A stretch of DNA of 64,000 bases, taken from assembly GCA_009377375.1 (NCBI GenBank), contig WHUE01000012.1:2427-66426 (forward strand), given 5' to 3'. The notes beneath the pieces are model-generated. The model did not search any database and had not been told where the DNA came from. It was given only the letters and a program-made list of their open reading frames with translations. Position 1 is the first letter of the stretch. Every line of letters starts with the position of its first letter. Shown piece after piece: positions 9,380 to 18,894 of the stretch. The translations under genes were made by a program, and so were the position numbers. Source of the stretch: Alphaproteobacteria bacterium. GTDB lineage: Bacteria > Pseudomonadota > Alphaproteobacteria > MPNO01 > UBA2964.

Positions 9380-10512
9380 GCGCGGAGGAGCCCAGCTTCA
9401 CCCTCGGCATCGAGGAGGAGTACCTGCTGGTCGACACCGGATCGCGGGATCTGGTGGACGATCCGCCCGAGGCGATGCTGGCGCAGTGCGAGGCGCTGCT
9501 CGAGGGGCAGGTGACGCCGGAATTCATGCGCTCGCAGATCGAGGTCGGCACCCGCGTCTGCGGCACCATGGCGGAGGCGCGCGCCGATCTCGCCCATCTG
9601 CGCCGGACGGTGGCCAGCGTCGCCGCGTCGCATGGCTGCGCGCCCATCGCCGTCTCCACCCATCCCTTCGCGGAGTGGCAGCAGCAGAAGCATACCGACA
9701 AGGACCGCTACAACGAGCTGGCCGAGGACATGCAGGTGGTGGCGCGGCGGCTGCTGATCTGCGGCATGCACGTCCATGTCGGCATCGAGGACGACGATCT
9801 GCGCATCGAGCTGCTGAACCAGCTGCCCTATTTCCTGCCGCATTTGCTGGCGCTGTCGACCTCGTCGCCGTTCTGGGGCGGGGCGGATACAGGCATGAAG
9901 TCCTACCGGCTCTCGGTGTTCGACGAGCTGCCGCGCACGGGGCCGCCGGAACATTTCGACAGCTGGGGCGAGTACCAGCGCACGGTGGCGCTGATGGTCC
10001 GCGCCGGGCTGCTGGAGGACGCGACCAAGCTGTGGTGGGACGTGCGCCCGTCGGCCCGGTTTTCGACGGTGGAGATGCGCATCACCGATGTCTGCCCGCT
10101 GCTGGACGACACCGTCGCCATCGCCACGCTGTTCCGCTGCATCTGCCGGATGCTGTGGCGACTCCGGCGCGAGAACAAGCGCTGGCGCGCCTACCCGCCG
10201 ATGCTGATCGCGGAGAACCGCTGGCGCGCCCAGCGCTACGGGCTGGACGAGGGGCTGGTCGATTTCGGCAAGGGCGCGATGGTGCCCTACAGCGCGCTGC
10301 TGAACGAGCTGATCGGGATGCTGCACGAGGACGCGGTGGCGCTCGACTGCGCCGCCGAGCTCGAATCCGCCCGCGCCATCGTCGGCCGCGGCACCTCCGC
10401 CCATCGCCAGCTCGCCGCCTTCGCGGAAGCGAAGGGGGCCGGCGCGGACGATGCCGAGGCGCTGCGCCGCGTCGTCGACGAGCTGGTGGCGGAGACGGTG
10501 GAGGGGCTGTAG
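9376..10512 (+). CDS. YbdK/GCS2-family carboxylate-amine ligase (putative glutamate-cysteine ligase 2)
   Basis: GCS2 signature (FTLGIEEEYLLVD, GMHVHVGIED); start ATG 9376 overlaps the FGase stop. Confidence 0.8.
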   Translation: MSAEEPSFTLGIEEEYLLVDTGSRDLVDDPPEAMLAQCEALLEGQVTPEFMRSQIEVGTRVCGTMAEARADLAHLRRTVASVAASHGCAPIAVSTHPFAEWQQQKHTDKDRYNELAEDMQVVARRLLICGMHVHVGIEDDDLRIELLNQLPYFLPHLLALSTSSPFWGGADTGMKSYRLSVFDELPRTGPPEHFDSWGEYQRTVALMVRAGLLEDATKLWWDVRPSARFSTVEMRITDVCPLLDDTVAIATLFRCICRMLWRLRRENKRWRAYPPMLIAENRWRAQRYGLDEGLVDFGKGAMVPYSALLNELIGMLHEDAVALDCAAELESARAIVGRGTSAHRQLAAFAEAKGAGADDAEALRRVVDELVAETVEGL

Positions 10513-10583
10513 GCCGGCCCACCCGCGATTGCGTCGGTTATGACGGTGGGGTCAGCACTTTAATTTATAGGGTTCGATATTTA

Positions 10584-11126
10584 CTACGATCCGGCGAGCG
10601 CGGCGAGCTTCAGCACCGTGTTCCAGTTGCGGCCGGTGCCGCAGGTGTCGAGGCGGGACTCGACGATCGCGCCGGTCAGTTTCGACCTGCCGATGCCGTC
10701 CGGATAGCTGATGTAAAGTTGCGCGCCTTGCGCGTGGATACGCTCCCGCCCCGCGATGGAAGCCCGCAGCGCGTCGAGGGCCGGACGGCCGGGCGTGTTG
10801 CCCAGCGTCATGAGGACGAGGCGGCTCGGATCCTGCGCCGCCTCGGCTCGGAAGGGGTTGGCGGCAACGATCCGCGCCCACTGCGCCGCGCTGCGGACGA
10901 ACACCTCGGTACGAAGGCCGAAGCGGTCGGCGACGGCGCGCCCGATCGCCGCCTCCAGCGCGCCCCCGCTGCGGCCGTCGCCGCGAAAGACGACATTGCC
11001 GGTTTGCAGCAGGGTCCGCGCATCCGCCAAACCGAGCCCGGCGAACAGGTCGCGCAGCTCCGCCATCGCGACCTTCCCGTGCCCGCCGACATTGACCGCG
11101 CGCAGAAGCGCGATGTGAACCGTCAT
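10584..11126 (-). CDS. DUF1697 family protein
   Basis: N-terminus MTVHIALLRAVNVGGHGKVAMAELR is typical of DUF1697; ATG at 11126. Confidence 0.65.
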   Translation of the reverse strand: MTVHIALLRAVNVGGHGKVAMAELRDLFAGLGLADARTLLQTGNVVFRGDGRSGGALEAAIGRAVADRFGLRTEVFVRSAAQWARIVAANPFRAEAAQDPSRLVLMTLGNTPGRPALDALRASIAGRERIHAQGAQLYISYPDGIGRSKLTGAIVESRLDTCGTGRNWNTVLKLAALAGS

Positions 11127-11287
11127 GGGCCCGCTCCGCCGAAGACCGTTTCCGCGTTCAGACTGCCACGCCGCGGGCGGCGGCGACAGGGGCGGCGGCG
11201 CGGGACTGGATTTTTCGGCCGCACCGGCCAACATTACCGGCAGGAACGGGCGCGCCCGGCGGCGCGCCGCTGAGGAGGACGAGAGCG

Positions 11288-11605
11288 ATGGACCAGATCG
11301 ACGACAAGACCCGCACCGAGCTGGAAGCGGCGGCGTTCCGCACCCTGCTCGGCCATCTCCAGAAGCGCAGCGACGTGCAGAACATCGACCTGATGAACCT
11401 GGCCGGGTTCTGCCGCAACTGCCTCAGCAAGTGGCTCGTCGCCGCCGCCAAGGAAAAGGGCGTTGCGCTGTCGATGGAGGATGCGCGCGAGCACGTCTAC
11501 GGCATGCCCTATGACGAATACAAGGCGAAGCACCAGGAAGAGGCCACGCCCGACCAGCAGGCCGCGTTCAAGAAGGTCATGGAGACCCCCGGCCTCACGA
11601 CCTGA
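11288..11605 (+). CDS. DUF1244 family protein
   Basis: conserved alphaproteobacterial small protein ([10 protein letters not shown] motif). Confidence 0.65.
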   Translation: MDQIDDKTRTELEAAAFRTLLGHLQKRSDVQNIDLMNLAGFCRNCLSKWLVAAAKEKGVALSMEDAREHVYGMPYDEYKAKHQEEATPDQQAAFKKVMETPGLTT

Positions 11606-11653
11606 GGCGGCCGGGGGGGACACCCGGCCGTTCCGCACACCAATTTCCTTCTC

Positions 11654-11686
11654 CCGTCGTGGTCGGCCTTTGCCGACCACGACGGA
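11654..11686. other. perfect 13-bp-stem hairpin (CCGTCGTGGTCGG cctttg CCGACCACGACGG)
   Basis: between the DUF1244 gene and gapR; a weaker GC hairpin at 11608-11630 sits just after the DUF1244 stop. Confidence 0.5.
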
Positions 11687-11906
11687 TAGGGGGTGCGTTG
11701 GAGCCGGACGGCGGCAGGCTCAACCGGGGCATGACGCAACGAGAGGGGAGCCGGCGTCCCGATCTTGGCGATGGCCGCACGGCGAGACCTGGCTTATCCA
11801 CATCCGTCCACAGGAATCTGCCGCGCGCCGCCTGCGCGGCATTCCGATTCAGCGCCGCGTTCCCTATGGTCCGGGAACGCATAGCCCAACCGGACGGAGA
11901 CGACCC

Positions 11907-12176
11907 ATGACCGACGCCCCTGTCACGCTCGCGCGCGACCACCTGCGCAGCTTCATCGAGAGAATCGAGCGGCTGGAGGAGGAAAAGGCGACGCTCTCGG
12001 CCGACATCCGCGAGGTCTACGCGGAGGCCAAGGGCACCGGGTTCGACCCGAAGATCATGCGCCAGGTCGTGCGGTTGCGCAAAATGGAGCCCAACGACAG
12101 GCAGGAGCAGGAGCACGTGCTCGACACCTACCTCGCCGCGCTCGGCATGCTCGATACGCCGATGGCGGCGGAATAG
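11907..12176 (+). CDS. gapR: GapR-like nucleoid-associated protein (DUF2312)
   Basis: 89 aa; ERLEEEKA...[19 protein letters not shown]......LDTYL matches the Caulobacter GapR family; GGAGACGAC RBS. Confidence 0.8.
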   Translation: MTDAPVTLARDHLRSFIERIERLEEEKATLSADIREVYAEAKGTGFDPKIMRQVVRLRKMEPNDRQEQEHVLDTYLAALGMLDTPMAAE

Positions 12177-12398
12177 GGCGCATCGCGGCGCACCGGCCCC
12201 CGATTTCCGACCCGCCTTTCCCCTCCGCGCGCCGGCACTGTATTCTGCCCGCATCGGTTCCCTGTTTCGTACAGGGTTGGCGAGGGAGGACGGAGCCGAT
12301 GCTGAAACCCGGAGGCGCGGCAGCGCGCGCGCCGTACCCGTGCCTCGCAGGCCATGCGGGCATACCGACACCGCAGGGCGACTGCCGGAGCGACGGCC

Positions 12399-13811
12399 AT
12401 GCCGCGCTCCGATGATACCGCCCCGCGCGACGGCTTCCTGAGGCGCTGGAGGCGGCCGGTCGCCGCCGCGGCTGCGGGCGTGCTGGTGGGGATCGTCTTC
12501 GCCTACGGCGTCTGGCACGTCCTGCGGACGCCTGGGGACCCGCGCTACATCCGGCTCGATGGCGACGGGCTCGCTGCGCATTATGCGTCCAGCTTCCTGC
12601 CGATCCAGCACTGGTCCTACCCGGAGTTCGATCCGGCGCTGTTCGCGGGCGACGACCCCGGACGACGGTTCGGCTTCGATTTCGCGCGCGACGTGCGGGA
12701 CCGCTGGCGCGTGGTTGCGGTCGGGGACATCATGGCCCACGATTCGCTTCAGATCACGGCGTTCACCCGCCGGACGGCGCCGGGCGAGAGCGCCGGCGGC
12801 TACGGTTGGGTGCTGTCGGAGGCCGGGGCGGTGATCGGCGGGGCGGATTTCGCGATCGGCAATCTGGAGACGGTGGCCTCCGCCCATCTCCCGCGCCGGG
12901 GCTTCCCCCGGTTCAACGTCGATCCGCAATACCTGAAGGCGCTGGCGGCGCTCGGCTTCGACGCCATGACGACGGCCAACAACCATATTCTCGATCACGG
13001 CATCGAGGGCCTGCGCGACACCGAGAAAAGCCTGGCCGCGCACCGGCTGGCATTCACCGGCACCGGCGGCGCGCTGCGGCGGGGCGTGCCGATCGAGGTT
13101 GCGTCGCGGAACGCCGCGGAGCCCCTGACCGTCGGCATCGTCAGCTACACGGACTCCGTCAACGGAACCGCCTGGCAGCATATCCGCCGGCGCGGCGCGC
13201 TGGCGGAGGTCAATTATCTCTGCACCGACAAGCACTGGACGTTCGGCGTCTTCGTAGACTGGTTCGCCCCCGGCACCTGCCACACGACCGAGGAGAGCTT
13301 CCTCGCGGAGGCAGGCGCGTCGATCACGGCCCTGCGGCGGGACGGGGCCGACTATGTCGCCGTGTTCGTGCACCGGCTTCGGGCCGATGCGTTCTTTCCG
13401 AGCGAGGACGAGCGGCGGCAATCGGCCGCGCTGGCGAAGCTCGGCGCGGATGCGGTCGTCAATACCGGGTCGCACACGATCATGCCGCTCGAGCGCCTGT
13501 ATACGAAGGACGGCGAGGTCCGGCCGACGGCCGATCCTGAATCGAGGGAACACCTGATCGTCTACGGCCTCGGCAATTTCGTCTCGAGCCAGGGCGGGGC
13601 GAGCGCATACGGGCTCGTCGCCGAGATCGATATCGGCCGCGACCGTGACGGCCGGTTCGTTCATGCGGTGACGCCGCATATCGCCCAATCCGTGATGACG
13701 ATGGAGGAGCATCCGCAGGGCGAGCGCCGCCGGAAGCTCGAGATCTACCGCCTGCGCATGCTGACCTTCGACGCGTTCCTTGCCGGGGTCCGGCGGATTC
13801 CGAAGATGTGA
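12399..13811 (+). CDS. CapA/PGA_cap-family membrane-anchored metallophosphoesterase-like protein
   Basis: N-terminal TM anchor; VAVGDIMAHD ... TTANNHILDHG ... YGLGNF motifs of the CapA (poly-gamma-glutamate capsule) family. Confidence 0.7.
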   Translation: MPRSDDTAPRDGFLRRWRRPVAAAAAGVLVGIVFAYGVWHVLRTPGDPRYIRLDGDGLAAHYASSFLPIQHWSYPEFDPALFAGDDPGRRFGFDFARDVRDRWRVVAVGDIMAHDSLQITAFTRRTAPGESAGGYGWVLSEAGAVIGGADFAIGNLETVASAHLPRRGFPRFNVDPQYLKALAALGFDAMTTANNHILDHGIEGLRDTEKSLAAHRLAFTGTGGALRRGVPIEVASRNAAEPLTVGIVSYTDSVNGTAWQHIRRRGALAEVNYLCTDKHWTFGVFVDWFAPGTCHTTEESFLAEAGASITALRRDGADYVAVFVHRLRADAFFPSEDERRQSAALAKLGADAVVNTGSHTIMPLERLYTKDGEVRPTADPESREHLIVYGLGNFVSSQGGASAYGLVAEIDIGRDRDGRFVHAVTPHIAQSVMTMEEHPQGERRRKLEIYRLRMLTFDAFLAGVRRIPKM

Positions 13812-13866
13812 AGCCCACGGCTGTTTCAACCCGCTCCCGATACGCCGATGGCGGCGGAACAGGCGC

Positions 13867-14349
13867 CTATTCCCGCCACTCCGCCTCCGGGTCCAGCCGG
13901 CGGTCGATGGCGTGGATCGCATGGCCGGCGGTGACGCCGGCCAGCGCGCCGCACACGGTCCAGAACACCGCCATCAGGACGAACGCCCCCACGCTCTCCA
14001 TCAGCACCGGCGCGGCGCAGGTCAGCGCGAACACGACGGCGCCCGTCCAGCACCCGGTCCGCCGGTAGAAGGCGCGGCCGGGGTTCCCGCGGCGCCGCGC
14101 CAGCACGACGACGATGGCGGCGACCGCGAAGGACAGCACGGCCAGCGGCAGCGCCAGCCCCGCCCATCCGGTCGCGCCGACCAGGAACGCGCCGAGCCAG
14201 GCGACCAGAAGGAACAGCATGAAGCTGAGCGTCTGAAGCCCGGCCAGCGGTCCCGCCCACCAGACCAGCGCCATGACCGCGGCCAGCGCGCCGAACGCCG
14301 CTGCCGTGCCGCCGAGGGCCATCAGCAGGTTCTGGAGCGGGCGATGCAC
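13867..14349 (-). CDS. small integral membrane protein (about 4 TM), hypothetical
   Basis: hydrophobic segments only; no family recognised. Confidence 0.4.
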   Translation of the reverse strand: MHRPLQNLLMALGGTAAAFGALAAVMALVWWAGPLAGLQTLSFMLFLLVAWLGAFLVGATGWAGLALPLAVLSFAVAAIVVVLARRRGNPGRAFYRRTGCWTGAVVFALTCAAPVLMESVGAFVLMAVFWTVCGALAGVTAGHAIHAIDRRLDPEAEWRE

Positions 14350-14367
14350 CGACGCGCTCCGGCTCGC

Positions 14368-15069
14368 TCAGAACTTCTCGACCCAGGGGCGCAGCTCGAT
14401 CTCCCAGCTCCACGCGCTGCGGTGCTGGCGCCAGAAATCCCGGTAGGTCTGCGCGATGGCGTCGGGATGCAGCATCCCGTCCGGGCCGCGGTCGCCGGCG
14501 CGCGGATCGTCGGGGCCCTGCAATATGCCGCCGTCGATGACGAAATGGGCGACATGGATGTTCTTCGGCTGCAGCTCGCGCGCCAGCGCCTGGGCGAGGC
14601 CGCGCAGCGCGAACTTGCCCATCGCGAAGGTGGTGGAGTTGGCGTAGCCCTTCACGCTGGCCGAGGCGCCGGTGAAGAAGATCGCGCCGGCGCCGCGCGG
14701 CACCATGCGCTTCGCCGCCGACTGGGCGACGTGGAAGCCGCCCAGCGCGGTGATGTGCACCGCGCGGGCGACCTCGGCGGGATCGATCTCCAGGATGGGC
14801 CCGCGCACCCGGGCGGAGGCGTTGAACACGGCGATGTCGGGCAGGGCGATCTCGGACTCCACCCGTGCGAACAGCGCCTCGACGCTGGCGGCGTCGGCCA
14901 CGTCGCATTCATAGGCCTTCGCGCCGGTCTCCGTGCAGAGCGCGTCCAGCTTGCCCGTGTTGCGCGCCGCCAGCGCCACCTGCACGCCCTCCGCCGCGAA
15001 CCTGCGCGCCAGCGCGGCGCTCAGCCCCCGCCCCGCGCCCACGATCAGGGCCGTTTCCCTCTCTGCCAT
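14368..15069 (-). CDS. SDR-family oxidoreductase
   Basis: TGAGRGLS Rossmann motif and Y..K catalytic pattern. Confidence 0.8.
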   Translation of the reverse strand: MAERETALIVGAGRGLSAALARRFAAEGVQVALAARNTGKLDALCTETGAKAYECDVADAASVEALFARVESEIALPDIAVFNASARVRGPILEIDPAEVARAVHITALGGFHVAQSAAKRMVPRGAGAIFFTGASASVKGYANSTTFAMGKFALRGLAQALARELQPKNIHVAHFVIDGGILQGPDDPRAGDRGPDGMLHPDAIAQTYRDFWRQHRSAWSWEIELRPWVEKF

Positions 15070-15130
15070 GACGGTCTCTCTCCCTTTACCCGTTATCCGG
15101 CGCGAAACGACGACCCTTGTCCGCTCCGAT

Positions 15131-15240
15131 TGTCACCCCGGACCCGATCCGGGGTCCAGCCCCGCCGCCTGTCGCAGCCACCGGGCCGACACCCGTCGCG
15201 CCCTCCGCTGGACCCCGGATCAAGTCCGGGGTCCAGCGGA
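15131..15240. repeat. pair of related dyad hairpins sharing CCGGGGTCCAGC
   Basis: fadD-SDR intergenic; the second has perfect 13-bp arms (GCTGGACCCCGGA tcaagt CCGGGGTCCAGC). Confidence 0.6.
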
Positions 15241-15258
15241 GAACCGGCTGCTGAAGTC

Positions 15259-17043
15259 TCAACGTCCGTAGAGCCCCTCCAGCGCCGCGCCGTATTTTTC
15301 GCGGATCAGGTGGCGGCGGATTTTCAGGGTCGGCGTCAGCAGGTCGTTGTCCTCCGTGAAGGGCTCCTCGGCCAGCGTGAAGCGGCGCACGCGCTCGATG
15401 GTCGACAGCTCGGCGTTGGCGCGTTCGATCGCGTCGCGGATCGCCTGGCGGAATCCATCGTGGCTGCCGAGCGCGGCGGTCTCGACGCCGCGTTCGCGCG
15501 CGAAAGCCGCGGCGAAGGTCTCATCGGGTGCGATCAGCGCCACCAGATGCGGCCGCTTGTCGCCGTAGACCATCGCCTGGCCGATCTCCGGCTGGAGGGT
15601 CAGCAGCCCCTCGACCCGCTGCGGCGAGATGTTGTCGCCGCCCGAATTGACGATGATATCCTTCTTGCGGTCGGTGATGCGCAGATAGCCGTCCTCGTCG
15701 AACTCGCCGACATCGCCGGTGTGCAGCCAGCCGTCGCGGATCGTCTCCGCCGTCGCCGCCTCGTTGCCCCAGTAGCCCTGCATCAGCAGCTCGCCCCGGG
15801 CGAGGATCTCCCCGTCCCCGGCGATGCGCACCTCGACGTCCTGCAGCGGCGGGCCCACGGCCTCGATCTTGATCCGCGACGGCGGGTTGCAGCTGATCAC
15901 CGGCGCCGATTCGGTCTGGCCGTAGCCTTGCAGCAGCCTGACGCCCAGCGCGGTGAAGAACAGCCCGACCTCGTAGTTCAGCGGCGCGCCGCCGGAGACC
16001 ATCGCCTTCAGCCTGCCGCCGAACCGCTTCGCCACCTTGCGGCGGACCAGCAGGGTCAGCGCCGCGTCGGTCAGCCGCTCGCCCAGCGTCAGCGAGCCCG
16101 GCGCCTCGTACCGCTTGGAGCCCAGCGTGACGGTCTTCTCGAACAGCGCCTCCTTGCGGCCGCCGGCCAGGCTCACGCCGCGCCGGATGCGCTCGTACAT
16201 CGCCTCGTAGAGCCGGGGCACGGCGGTCATGATGGTCGGGCGCACCTCCTCCATGTTCGCGGACAGCTTGTCGACGCCCTCGGCGTAGTAGATCTGCGCG
16301 CCCACCGCGATGGGGAAGAACAGCCCCGCCATATGCTCGTATGCGTGCGACAGCGGCAGGAAGGACAGGAACACCTCGTCCTTCAGCCCCAGCTCGGCCA
16401 GCAGGATGCGCGCGCCGTTGCAGTTGGACAGGATCGCGCCGTGGCTGAGCATCACTCCCTTGGGCGTGCCGCCGGTGCCGCTGGTGTAGATCAGACAGGC
16501 GGTGTCGGTGCGCGCGGCGGCCTCGGCGGCCTGCACGGCCTCCGCCAGCGCGTCGCCGGCCTCCGCGATCGTCTCGTCCCAGCGGTGCAGCGTCAGGTCG
16601 GGCGTCTGGGGTGGCTTGACCTCGTCCATGGTGACGGCGAAGCGCAGGTCGGGCGCGCGGATCGCGGCGGGAAGCACCTTCTCCGCCAACGCGGCGGTGG
16701 ATACGATCACGCCCTTCGCGCCGCTGTCGGTCAGCAGATGCAGGTGGTCGCCCACACCGTTGGTCGTGTAGGCGGGCACCGTGATCGCGCCGGCGGCCAT
16801 GATGGCGATGTCGGCGATGGGCCATTCCGGCCGGCTTTCGCTGACCAGCGCGACCCGGTCGCCGGGTTCCACCCCCAGCGCCTTCAGCCCCTTCGCCAGC
16901 GCCGCCGCGCGCCGCGCCGCCTCCGCCCAGCTCACGGGCCGCCAGGCGCCGTCCCGCTTGCTCCAGGCGAACGGCTTCCCGCCCAGCCGCGCCGCCTGGC
17001 GGAAGAACAGCGCGGCGAGGCTCGGTATGCCGTCGGTGTCCAT
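15259..17043 (-). CDS. fadD: long-chain fatty-acid--CoA ligase (AMP-dependent synthetase)
   Basis: AMP-binding signature YTSGTGGTPKGV; start ATG 17043 (MDTDGIPS); the ORF stretch upstream to 17355 is Arg/Pro-rich junk. Confidence 0.85.
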   Translation of the reverse strand: MDTDGIPSLAALFFRQAARLGGKPFAWSKRDGAWRPVSWAEAARRAAALAKGLKALGVEPGDRVALVSESRPEWPIADIAIMAAGAITVPAYTTNGVGDHLHLLTDSGAKGVIVSTAALAEKVLPAAIRAPDLRFAVTMDEVKPPQTPDLTLHRWDETIAEAGDALAEAVQAAEAAARTDTACLIYTSGTGGTPKGVMLSHGAILSNCNGARILLAELGLKDEVFLSFLPLSHAYEHMAGLFFPIAVGAQIYYAEGVDKLSANMEEVRPTIMTAVPRLYEAMYERIRRGVSLAGGRKEALFEKTVTLGSKRYEAPGSLTLGERLTDAALTLLVRRKVAKRFGGRLKAMVSGGAPLNYEVGLFFTALGVRLLQGYGQTESAPVISCNPPSRIKIEAVGPPLQDVEVRIAGDGEILARGELLMQGYWGNEAATAETIRDGWLHTGDVGEFDEDGYLRITDRKKDIIVNSGGDNISPQRVEGLLTLQPEIGQAMVYGDKRPHLVALIAPDETFAAAFARERGVETAALGSHDGFRQAIRDAIERANAELSTIERVRRFTLAEEPFTEDNDLLTPTLKIRRHLIREKYGAALEGLYGR

Positions 17044-17108
17044 GCGCACTCCCTGTTGGTTCTGGTCTCCGAAGCCCTTATATCGTGCGGAGAAAGAAGG
17101 AGTCACCC

Positions 17109-18893
17109 ATGCCCGCCCAGACGAAGACCAAATCGGAGTTCGGCCGCCTGCCCCGATGGAATCTCGACGATCTCTATCCCGGCCCGAAAAGCGCCGTGCT
17201 TCATGGCGATCTGAAACGGGCGGAGAAGGCGGCCGCCGCCTTCCACCGCAACCATGCGGGCAAGGTCGAGAAGATGGGCGGCGACGCGCTGGGCGCGGCC
17301 ATCGCCGCGTTCGAGGAGATCGACGAGACGCTCGACCGGGCGATGAGCTACGCACAGCTCCTCTACGCCGCCAATGTGGCGGACGCGGAAACCGGGCGCT
17401 TCTACCAGACCGTGCAGGAGCGGGTGACGGACATCTCGGCGAAGCTCGTCTTCTTCGGGCTGGAGATCAACCGCATCGACGACGCGGCGCTGGCGAAGAA
17501 GCTGAAATCGAAGACGCTGGCGCATTACGCCTCGTGGATACGCGACATGCGCAGCTTCCGCCCCCACCAGCTGTCGGAGGACATGGAGCGGCTGCTGCAC
17601 GACAAGCGGGTGGCGGGGCGCGCCGCCTGGAACCGGCTGTTCGACGAGACCATGGCCGCACTCCGCTTCCGCGTCGGTCGCGAGGAACTGACCACCGAGC
17701 AGACGCTGCATCTGCTGTCCGATTCGTCCGGTGTGAAGCGTAAGCAGGCGGCCAAGGCGCTGGGCAAGGGGCTGGGCGAGAACGTGCGGCTGTTCACGCT
17801 GATCACCAACACGCTCGCCAAGGACAAGGAGATCGAGGACCGCTGGCGCAGCTTCCCGCGCCCCGAATCGTCGCGCAACCTCGCCAACCATGTCGAGGAC
17901 GAGGTGGTGGCGGCGCTGGTCGCCGCGGTGAAGGACGCCTATCCGAAGCTGTCGCACCGCTACTACCGCTACAAGGCGAAGCGGATGGGCCGGAAGACGC
18001 TGGATTACTGGGACCGCAACGCGCCGCTGCCGGCGGCCGACGACCGGCCGATCCCGTGGCGCGACGCGCGCCGCCTCGTGCTCGACGCCTACGGCGCGTT
18101 CTCCCCGGACCTCGCCGACGTGGGACGGCGCTTCTTCGACCATGCCTGGATCGACGCCGAGGCGCGGCCCGGCAAGGCCTCGGGCGCCTTCGCCCACCCC
18201 ACCGTGCCGTCGGCGCATCCCTACCTGCTGCTGAACTACATGGGGCGCGCGCGCGACGTGATGACGCTGGCGCACGAGCTTGGCCACGGGGTGCACCAGG
18301 TGCTGGCCGGGCCGCAGGGCCACCTGAAATGCGCCACGCCGCTGACGCTCGCGGAAACCGCCTCGGTGTTCGGCGAGATGCTGACCTTCCGCGCGCTGCT
18401 GGCGCGCCAGTCCGATCCGGCGAAGCGCGAGGCGATGATCGCCGGCAAGGTCGAGGACATGCTGAACACCGTGGTGCGCCAGATCGCGTTCTACGAGTTC
18501 GAGCTGCGCGTCCACGCGGAGCGCCGCGAGGGCGAGCTGTCCTCCGAGCGCATCGGCGGGATCTGGCTCGACGTGCAGCGCGAGAGCCTGGGCCCCGCGA
18601 TCCGCTTCGAGGAGGAGTACAGCTACTACTGGAGCTATATCCCGCATTTCGTCCATTCGCCGTTCTACGTCTACGCCTACGCCTTCGGCGACTGCCTCGT
18701 GAACTCGCTCTATGCGGTTTACGAGAACGCGCATGAAGGCTTCGCCGCGCGCTATCTCGACATGCTGCGTGCCGGCGGCACGCTGCACCACAGGGACCTG
18801 CTGGCGCCGTTCGGGCTCGACGCCTCCGATCCCGCCTTCTGGTCGAAGGGGCTGGGCGTCGTGTCCGGGCTCATCGACGAGCTCGGCGCCTGA
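17109..18893 (+). CDS. pepF: M3-family oligoendopeptidase F
   Basis: HELGHGVH zinc motif; AAGGAG RBS before ATG 17109. Confidence 0.85.
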   Translation: MPAQTKTKSEFGRLPRWNLDDLYPGPKSAVLHGDLKRAEKAAAAFHRNHAGKVEKMGGDALGAAIAAFEEIDETLDRAMSYAQLLYAANVADAETGRFYQTVQERVTDISAKLVFFGLEINRIDDAALAKKLKSKTLAHYASWIRDMRSFRPHQLSEDMERLLHDKRVAGRAAWNRLFDETMAALRFRVGREELTTEQTLHLLSDSSGVKRKQAAKALGKGLGENVRLFTLITNTLAKDKEIEDRWRSFPRPESSRNLANHVEDEVVAALVAAVKDAYPKLSHRYYRYKAKRMGRKTLDYWDRNAPLPAADDRPIPWRDARRLVLDAYGAFSPDLADVGRRFFDHAWIDAEARPGKASGAFAHPTVPSAHPYLLLNYMGRARDVMTLAHELGHGVHQVLAGPQGHLKCATPLTLAETASVFGEMLTFRALLARQSDPAKREAMIAGKVEDMLNTVVRQIAFYEFELRVHAERREGELSSERIGGIWLDVQRESLGPAIRFEEEYSYYWSYIPHFVHSPFYVYAYAFGDCLVNSLYAVYENAHEGFAARYLDMLRAGGTLHHRDLLAPFGLDASDPAFWSKGLGVVSGLIDELGA

Positions 18894-18894
18894 C

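Noticed and set aside
11595-13922. 775-aa minus-strand ORF overlapping gapR and capA
   Set aside because: Arg-rich junk. The plus-strand genes have specific family motifs.
13780-17214. 1144-aa ORF antisense to the SDR and fadD genes
   Set aside because: Low-complexity Arg/Gly/Asp-rich translation with no motifs. It is a high-GC artefact opposite genes with clear homology.
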